From Myxococcota bacterium (GTDB taxonomy: Bacteria; Myxococcota_A; Bradymonadia; UBA7976; UBA1532), in assembly GCA_036337435.1 (NCBI GenBank), contig JAYZEG010000058.1:160001-224000 (forward strand): DNA of 64,000 nt, read 5' to 3'. Both the position numbers and the translations under genes were made by a program. This document shows positions 58,601 through 64,000 of this stretch, piece after piece. A model generated the notes under the pieces. The model did not search any database and had not been told where the DNA came from. It saw nothing but the letters and a program-made list of their open reading frames with translations. The stretch's first letter is position 1; every line of letters begins with the position of its first letter.

Positions 58601-59579
58601 AGGACTCTATCCACAAGTTGAATCCGACTCCGCAGGGCGCTTGCACTTTGCCTATTACGACGCAGATGAGAAGCATCTGCGATACATGAGACGAGACCGA
58701 CAAAACCGCTGGACAGGTCCAATTGTGGTCGATGATAGCGGCGACGTTGGCCACCATGTCAAATTAGAGATTGATCACCTCGACCGCCCTCACTTGGTCT
58801 ACTCCGTATTCAGTGATCCCAGAGGTCAGGATGGACTGAGGTATGCGTTAGGCTCCAACACAGCAGAAACTCGGTCTCACTTTGAAATCGTAAACATTGC
58901 ATCTGCACCGAGCCAAGGACCAGCTGGGCCATTGAGAGAAAGACCAACCCGTTTCGGTCAAAGACCGTGTATGTCGCTCGACGGTGATCAAGTGGTCACA
59001 GCATTTATGGATGGTAACGAAAAGTGGCTCTACATCGCCCGAGGCGGTTCACAGGGCTTCCGTATCGAACGCCTACGGGGCCGATTGGATGAATCGAACA
59101 TTAGGGTCCAAGATGAGCGTTATGAGGATTTCAATACCCATGAGATTGGTGAACATTGTGCGATCAAGTCACGCAACGGCACGATCGATCTCGCTTTCAC
59201 CAATGAACGAACTTGGGCACTCATGAGTTACCATGGCTCCATCGACGGCCAAGGCATCATTCAAGTGGTTGATTCGGGCCCTAAGGAGCAAAGAACAATG
59301 ATCGGCTCATCACCCGCGTTGGGATTCGTTGGCAACAATAAACTCATTGCCCTCTATCAAGACTCAACTCGCAATGACCTCTTGATGAATATTAGAGAGA
59401 ATGAACAATGGCTCGAGGAGCCGGTCGTTATCGAGTCGAACGGGGCTGTTGGTTATTCTAATAGTCTAGAAATCCAACAAAATGAGGCTTTGATCGGCAC
59501 TGTTAAATTCGTCACGGATATTGGAGGACGTGACCTGAGCCAGATTTTATTTATCCCCGTCAATCTCAGCGGATATTGA
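55698..59579 (+). CDS. large surface (poly)protein: lipoprotein/BPI-like region + internal MYXO-CTERM-like signal + second lipobox + Cys-rich repeats + beta-propeller
   Basis: 1293-aa uninterrupted ORF; lipobox IMGC; GHGC-x-TM-RRFRTR-TM-VGAC at aa 687-732; C-x5-C repeats; 'GRLHFAYYD', 'VG....LEID....PHLVY'. Confidence 0.75.
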   Translation: MRRSTFFVLLIMGCSGSSSFQSCSSETDYQFTRTATNVIDDSVQGVITSRGFDFIYENRETLVGLLFNIDSNGWASIPISDFGRDGDSISVAARDLNLGVELRRAEFGIELLPNPLAIRVDIQNARLRFNAGIASIMGLFNGACLLGNGVDRDSLNASFALVDLTVILYPSIDLNGFLKTRVEVENLVLSDINVDFIFDEALPECRTSNCATLCSTGELGAAVTEILYEAFREEIGSLITPVLEIIVNETLDELNDTPLLFEGELLPSILSAVLPLPRDALKIGVLLEPGSNAIEYIAGANENPGIGLRLNIGTDGHDHPCVPEQVDEPGFLSGPVPDLSGSDPNGNPAHFGISVSNGTINRLIWSFWRGGYLCLRLDSDQIESSLGSRIDSDTLSIFLPSLATLAKQSKPIMVVIDPGFSSSDFPLTKLNNVETAASIPQAGIEMKLPRLGIDMYVYLNDRWTRMTQVVTDAEMDLVIQAGENNELILTGEAPRIGEIRVTYNELLESDDVEALLRAMLDVAVGAFLSDGLDFDFSLTGLISRSTGLPYDLNISTISSTGTDGDHLGIYMNLIPETSSNALRRQIQTWAEIKAINGYDARLKVRSEGIDNPAYQYRFNGGIWRPIREADSGILSISEPRFGLKTTQFLEVRAVDKDDPKRVDHRPVRLVYHPDLNEHLKDEPLSSGHGCNSNPNRNGSNIVFCLSVLILCHRRFRTRLVTAIFLILFVGACQGPSKAPDLPCSTDAECPSGLACLDDFCRPQKPCQTDDQCCAKQVCQQGKCRSAPTDDCQNSGCLTHQDCIDDYCVARECEQDSECRGAKCVRNLCLESTPCGDRCTPEETCVPHRNVCRILTGNCAQTCPSGSVRVALNSSQLSQSVCDIEAVVCECLSAFGQHVGAIAREADMAIVEGQPVFAVFDAFYEDLVLITGLGTDLESHYYMDGFPSSIDQPTPSLTRYGEQLAGPVTGLYPQVESDSAGRLHFAYYDADEKHLRYMRRDRQNRWTGPIVVDDSGDVGHHVKLEIDHLDRPHLVYSVFSDPRGQDGLRYALGSNTAETRSHFEIVNIASAPSQGPAGPLRERPTRFGQRPCMSLDGDQVVTAFMDGNEKWLYIARGGSQGFRIERLRGRLDESNIRVQDERYEDFNTHEIGEHCAIKSRNGTIDLAFTNERTWALMSYHGSIDGQGIIQVVDSGPKEQRTMIGSSPALGFVGNNKLIALYQDSTRNDLLMNIRENEQWLEEPVVIESNGAVGYSNSLEIQQNEALIGTVKFVTDIGGRDLSQILFIPVNLSGY

Positions 59580-60683
59580 AGATAAGAGAACCAAGTCATC
59601 CCTGTGGATCACTTCAACACTAGAAATGCCGCGGTGTACATCGCTTCTTTGTCCTTTGATGGTTCGAAGAGTCTCCGAATCATAAGCAACCAATCCACGC
59701 GCGAATGGTTGCCCATCATCGTTGCAAATGTCTACGGCTGCACCAACATCAAATTCACCCTCGACAGCAGTTAAGCCAATTGGCAACAGGCTTCGGCCTT
59801 TATCAGTAATTGCGGTACAAGCACCATCATCAACGGTCAGATGACCCTCAACCTTGTGCGCGTAGGCGATCCAATGTTTTCGGCGAGAGATTTTGATGCC
59901 ACCGCTGTCAAACCACGTTCCAAGGTTATCACCCGCAAAAATTCGTTCTAAAACAGTTGGGACTTTCCCTCGAGCAATAATGGCAATGATGCCGAGTTCA
60001 TTGACTTGCCGAACGGCTTCGAGCTTCGTTCGCATACCTCCACTCCCAAGACCGGTTGAACTTTCACCGGCTTTGCTCATCAAATTCTCGGTGATCTCCG
60101 AGATATAGTCGGCAACTCGAATTCCATTGTTCTCAGGATTATCGACATAAAAACCATCGACATCAGACAAAATAACGAGAGCACTGGCACCAGTTAAGCT
60201 AACGACCTGACTTGATAACAGATCATTATCGCCCATTTTGATTTCTTCGATGGCCACCGTGTCATTTTCATTGATGATTGGAATCGCGCCCAACTCCAAA
60301 AGCGCGCGCAGTGTATGGCGGGCCGCGAGAAACCGTTTACGATTTTTAAGGTCATCATGAGTCAGCAGAACTTGCGCCGCCGTCAGTTCATAGTGATTGA
60401 GTTCATCAGTCCAAAATCTAATCAACCGACCTTGACCAACGGCTGCGGATGCTTGGAGTCGTTCGATTCTCTTTGGGCGGTCGAGTAAACCAAGCTCGGG
60501 AAATCCGAGGGCAACTGCTCCACTACAAACAACAATACATTCGATACCCTGAGCTCTAAGATAGGCGATTCCCCGGCAGATGGATGCGAAAGTCACGCGG
60601 TCAAAATCTGAACCATCTCTTAAAACAGAGCTGCCAATTTTGATCACGATTCGCTTGGCGCCGCCCAACATACTTTGTCTCAT
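59547..60683 (-). CDS. proB: glutamate 5-kinase with PUA domain
   Basis: VIKIGSS, SGAV, PIINENDTV, GDND.L, GSGGM.TK, SLLPIG, IHRDDL. Confidence 0.97.
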   Translation of the reverse strand: MRQSMLGGAKRIVIKIGSSVLRDGSDFDRVTFASICRGIAYLRAQGIECIVVCSGAVALGFPELGLLDRPKRIERLQASAAVGQGRLIRFWTDELNHYELTAAQVLLTHDDLKNRKRFLAARHTLRALLELGAIPIINENDTVAIEEIKMGDNDLLSSQVVSLTGASALVILSDVDGFYVDNPENNGIRVADYISEITENLMSKAGESSTGLGSGGMRTKLEAVRQVNELGIIAIIARGKVPTVLERIFAGDNLGTWFDSGGIKISRRKHWIAYAHKVEGHLTVDDGACTAITDKGRSLLPIGLTAVEGEFDVGAAVDICNDDGQPFARGLVAYDSETLRTIKGQRSDVHRGISSVEVIHRDDLVLLSSISAEIDGDK

Positions 60684-60691
60684 TCGGAATC

Positions 60692-61720
60692 CTATCTCTT
60701 GATGCCTCGGGTCCTCTTGGACGCCGGTAACACTTTCGGTTCTTTACGCGACGGCTGCAAGCCCAGTCTCAAATTAGCTCTATTAAATTCGTAACCGGTC
60801 AACTTTTCGTATGTCGACTTCAATGATGAGGGGGGTCTTACGATCCGATGCTTTGGTTCCTTAATCAGCTCACCAAATGAGTCTGATTCGACTGCGACTT
60901 TAATTAAAATTGTAAAGGGAATTTTTCCGTTAAATCCGTATTCAATTGCGATGTCGCCAGCCCTGATCGAGCCAGTCTCACTCTCGAATTCCAACCGAGC
61001 GTTTAAGGTTTGCAATGACCCGTACCGGGCCAGCATAGACGGAGAATACTGGTTATCGTCGTCCAGTAAAATATCCCAAACAAATGGTTCTTTCGGAAAG
61101 GTATCAGTCTTTATTTGGGGTGAATCATGACGAGTTAAAATCAGGGTTTTCCAGATATTTGGTGGTCCATCTGCCTCTACATCCGCACGACTGTCAGACT
61201 GAGTTGTTTCAACAAGCTGAGGAATCCAATCGAGCGAATTTTCGAGGCAATTCCGGTCGTATATGTGAGCTGGTTGAAACTGAATCCATGAGTCAGACTC
61301 TCGCTTGATCATAGACTGACCATTAATCTGCAAACAGCGGAGCACCCGGGTATGATCATATCCGTCTTGCCGTTTCAAGGTAGTCTCGATGCTATGCGTC
61401 CACGAGCCCTTGATATCAACCTTCGTTTTTGACACCTCAACCAAATGGAAAGCCAGACCATCCTTGTTTCTCAGGGACAGTTCAACACGGGCTTTTAAAG
61501 CCAGTCCCGTCAATGCAGAGACTCGACGATGAATATTCAATCCCGATGATTTGATGATGGGGTGTCTTGGGTCGGTTTTCAAAGACGACGGATTTTCTAA
61601 CCGAACAGCTTGCAAAAGTTCATGAGCGAGTCGTCCAGATTTTTCTTTCGTTTGAGATTGGCAAGCAAACAAGTGTGTAGCCAAGATCCAAGTACACACG
61701 TTGCGAATAACCAGTGACAT
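60692..61720 (-). CDS. hypothetical lipoprotein
   Basis: Long ORF; lipobox LFAC after MSLVIR start. Confidence 0.6.
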   Translation of the reverse strand: MSLVIRNVCTWILATHLFACQSQTKEKSGRLAHELLQAVRLENPSSLKTDPRHPIIKSSGLNIHRRVSALTGLALKARVELSLRNKDGLAFHLVEVSKTKVDIKGSWTHSIETTLKRQDGYDHTRVLRCLQINGQSMIKRESDSWIQFQPAHIYDRNCLENSLDWIPQLVETTQSDSRADVEADGPPNIWKTLILTRHDSPQIKTDTFPKEPFVWDILLDDDNQYSPSMLARYGSLQTLNARLEFESETGSIRAGDIAIEYGFNGKIPFTILIKVAVESDSFGELIKEPKHRIVRPPSSLKSTYEKLTGYEFNRANLRLGLQPSRKEPKVLPASKRTRGIKR

Positions 61721-61956
61721 AGAATCCATCCAAATGGGAAACCGATCCGGTTGTGACGCAAACAAAACTGAGTCAATGAATCAACAAAAATAGTCATGCC
61801 GATCCCTTTAATTCTTGGGCCCTTGACCGGTGTAAATCGTCCGCCAGGAACAGACCGAAAAGCATTGAACCTGCTCGCTGATGTTAAAAATCAACCTCGT
61901 ATTAGGTAAAAATGCCGTCAGAACGGCTAAATTGCCTCAAATAATCACTTCTTTCA

Positions 61957-61985
61957 TTGACACAAGGCCCGTCGATCATCAGTAT
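61957..61985 (+). promoter_or_regulatory. putative sigma70 promoter of metK-ahcY
   Basis: TTGACA-N17-CAGTAT (TATAAG also nearby); short leader with AGGAG SD. Confidence 0.5.
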
Positions 61986-62013
61986 AAGCCACTTTTCCAG
62001 CAGGAGTTTTTAG

Positions 62014-63192
62014 ATGGCAAGTTACATCTTCACGTCCGAGTCAGTGTCTGAGGGTCACCCAGACAAGATCGCAGACCAAATTTCAGACGCGATATTAGAT
62101 GCACTCCTCGAGCAAGATCCGCGAAGTCGTGTGGCTTGTGAAACATTGATCAAAACCGGTTATGTCAATTTAGCTGGTGAAATCACGAGTAAGGCTGTCG
62201 TTAATTACGCCGACATTGTTCGTAAAACCATTCGAGAAATCGGTTATGACGATTCCAAAAAAGGTTTCGATGCTGATACGTGTGGGATTTTAGTAGCACT
62301 CGACGGGCAATCTGATGATATCGCGATGGGTGTCGATGTGGGCCGAGGTGATCACGCAGAGCAGGGTGCTGGTGACCAAGGACTGATGTTCGGATACGCA
62401 TGTAACGAGACAGCTGAGCTGATGCCCCTGCCGATCCTTCTCTCTCATAAACTGACAGCTCGACTGGCTGAAGTTCGGAAAAACGGAACGCTGCCGTACC
62501 TAAGGCCTGATGGAAAAAGCCAAGTGTCCGTTGAGTATGTCGATGGTAAACCGAAGCGCATCACCGCTGTCGTGATTTCGAGCCAGCACGATGAGACGTA
62601 CAAGGGTGAAGAACTCACCAACGAACTTTTGCGAGAAGGCATCAAGCGTGACGTAATCGATCCGGTCGTACCGATAGATATGATCGATTCGGACACGGTT
62701 TTTCACATCAATCCAACGGGTAAATTTGTCATCGGCGGTCCTCAAGGTGATTGTGGACTCACAGGACGAAAAATCATCGTTGATACCTACGGTGGTATGG
62801 GCCGTCATGGTGGTGGGGCGTTCAGTGGGAAAGACCCATCAAAAGTCGACCGCAGTGCAGCCTACATGTCTCGCTATATCGCAAAGAATATTGTCGCAGC
62901 AGGCCTAGCCGAACGCGCCGAGGTTCAACTTGCCTATGCAATCGGTGTTGCAGACCCTGTTTCTGTTTACGTAGACACGTTCGGAACAGAACAGATTGAC
63001 CCAACCCGGATCAGCGAATTGGTTCGGGAACACTTTCCCTTGAAACCTCAAGGGATCATTGAACATCTGCAATTGCTTCGTCCGATCTATCGAAAAACAG
63101 CGGCATACGGCCACTTTGGACGAGAAGAACCAGAATTTATTTGGGAGCGTACCGATAAAGCGGACGTATTAAGAAAGGCTGCAGGACTATGA
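62014..63192 (+). CDS. metK: S-adenosylmethionine synthetase
   Basis: [42 protein letters not shown]. Confidence 0.99.
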   Translation: MASYIFTSESVSEGHPDKIADQISDAILDALLEQDPRSRVACETLIKTGYVNLAGEITSKAVVNYADIVRKTIREIGYDDSKKGFDADTCGILVALDGQSDDIAMGVDVGRGDHAEQGAGDQGLMFGYACNETAELMPLPILLSHKLTARLAEVRKNGTLPYLRPDGKSQVSVEYVDGKPKRITAVVISSQHDETYKGEELTNELLREGIKRDVIDPVVPIDMIDSDTVFHINPTGKFVIGGPQGDCGLTGRKIIVDTYGGMGRHGGGAFSGKDPSKVDRSAAYMSRYIAKNIVAAGLAERAEVQLAYAIGVADPVSVYVDTFGTEQIDPTRISELVREHFPLKPQGIIEHLQLLRPIYRKTAAYGHFGREEPEFIWERTDKADVLRKAAGL

Positions 63193-63227
63193 GTACAACA
63201 CACTACGACCATAAGGAGAACGGCACA

Positions 63228-64000
63228 ATGTCTAACGCCATCGCAACAATCGAGGCACCTTTTATGTCGACGGGGCTTCCGCTGTTCAGTGGATACGATT
63301 ACAAAGTGGCGGATCTTTCTGAAGAGGCCATTCGTTTTGGCCGAAAAGAGATCGAGCTGGCCGAACATGAAATGCCAGGTTTGATGGCCTTGAGGGAAGA
63401 GTTCGCAGGAACAAAACCTCTGGCGGGAGCTCGGATCATGGGCTCGTTGCACATGACTATTCAGACGGCTGTCCTCATGGAAACACTGCAGGACCTTGGC
63501 GCAGAAATACGCTGGGTCTCATGTAATATTTTCTCAACCCAGGATCATGCGGCTGCTGCCGTGGTTGCTGGTCGAGATAACAACGGGATTCCTGTTTTCG
63601 CCTGGAAGGGTGAGACGCTCGAGGAATACTGGTGGTGTACGCTACAAGCACTCAACTGGGGTGATGATGTTGCACCCACTCTGATCGTAGATGACGGTGG
63701 CGATGCAACACTTTTGATTCACCTGGGATACGAGTACGAGGTGAAGGGAGAGCGTCCTGACCCATCGACAGCCAGCAATGAGGAAGAGGCCGTCGTTTTG
63801 CAAGTTCTCGCTGACGTGCAAGATGCAAAAGGAATGCGGTACTGGCATCAGTTTGCAGAATCGGTCCGAGGCGTCTCAGAAGAAACGACGACGGGTGTAC
63901 ACCGCCTCTATCAGCGCGTTGAAAATAACTCGTTGTTATTTCCGGCCATTAACGTCAATGACAGCGTAACGAAATCGAAATTCGACAACGTCTACGGGTG
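63228..64000 (+). CDS. ahcY: adenosylhomocysteinase (3'-truncated by window edge; absent from the ORF track)
   Basis: Manual translation gives [75 protein letters not shown]. Confidence 0.97.
   Translation, partial: MSNAIATIEAPFMSTGLPLFSGYDYKVADLSEEAIRFGRKEIELAEHEMPGLMALREEFAGTKPLAGARIMGSLHMTIQTAVLMETLQDLGAEIRWVSCNIFSTQDHAAAAVVAGRDNNGIPVFAWKGETLEEYWWCTLQALNWGDDVAPTLIVDDGGDATLLIHLGYEYEVKGERPDPSTASNEEEAVVLQVLADVQDAKGMRYWHQFAESVRGVSEETTTGVHRLYQRVENNSLLFPAINVNDSVTKSKFDNVYG

Noticed and set aside
61766..62013. SAM or SAH riboswitch before metK/ahcY
   Set aside because: No recognisable aptamer consensus; the likely promoter leaves only a ~25-nt leader, and ahcY follows metK within 35 nt
1..64000. 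CRISPR array, rRNA, prophage, IS/integrase or defence island
   Set aside because: No regularly spaced repeats or transposase, integrase, phage or nuclease-type ORFs were seen; no tRNA-end duplication was noticed

Overview
This is a ~50% GC, densely coded core-genome segment, most consistent with a Myxococcota/Bradymonadales-like deltaproteobacterium. That assignment is inferred from the protein repertoire: Ser/Thr kinases, PEGA/TPR proteins, a Cys-rich Pal, a MYXO-CTERM-like motif and a myxosortase-like CPBP protease. Housekeeping blocks are tRNA-Gln-prs-rplY-pth-hppA-rpsF-rpsR-rplI-dnaB, proA-rsfS-rlmH, pal-cpoB, larB-larC-rarA, rho-rpmE-prfA, proB and metK-ahcY, interspersed with envelope, redox and signalling genes. 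I saw no CRISPR array, rRNA, prophage or IS element. The most striking item is a 1293-aa ORF (55698-59579) that looks like a surface polyprotein. It has an N-terminal lipoprotein with a BPI/LBP-like region, then an internal MYXO-CTERM-like sorting signal followed immediately by a second lipoprotein signal, then a Cys-rich/beta-propeller half, and it lies ~1.5 kb from a myxosortase-like protease gene. Other oddities are a contracted CXCH cytochrome-like domain, tandem divergent HU genes, pseudoenzymes (GH57, GGDEF), Zn-free S18 and L31, and structured leaders before rpsF, rho and rpmE. All family calls come from motif recognition by eye, not database searches.
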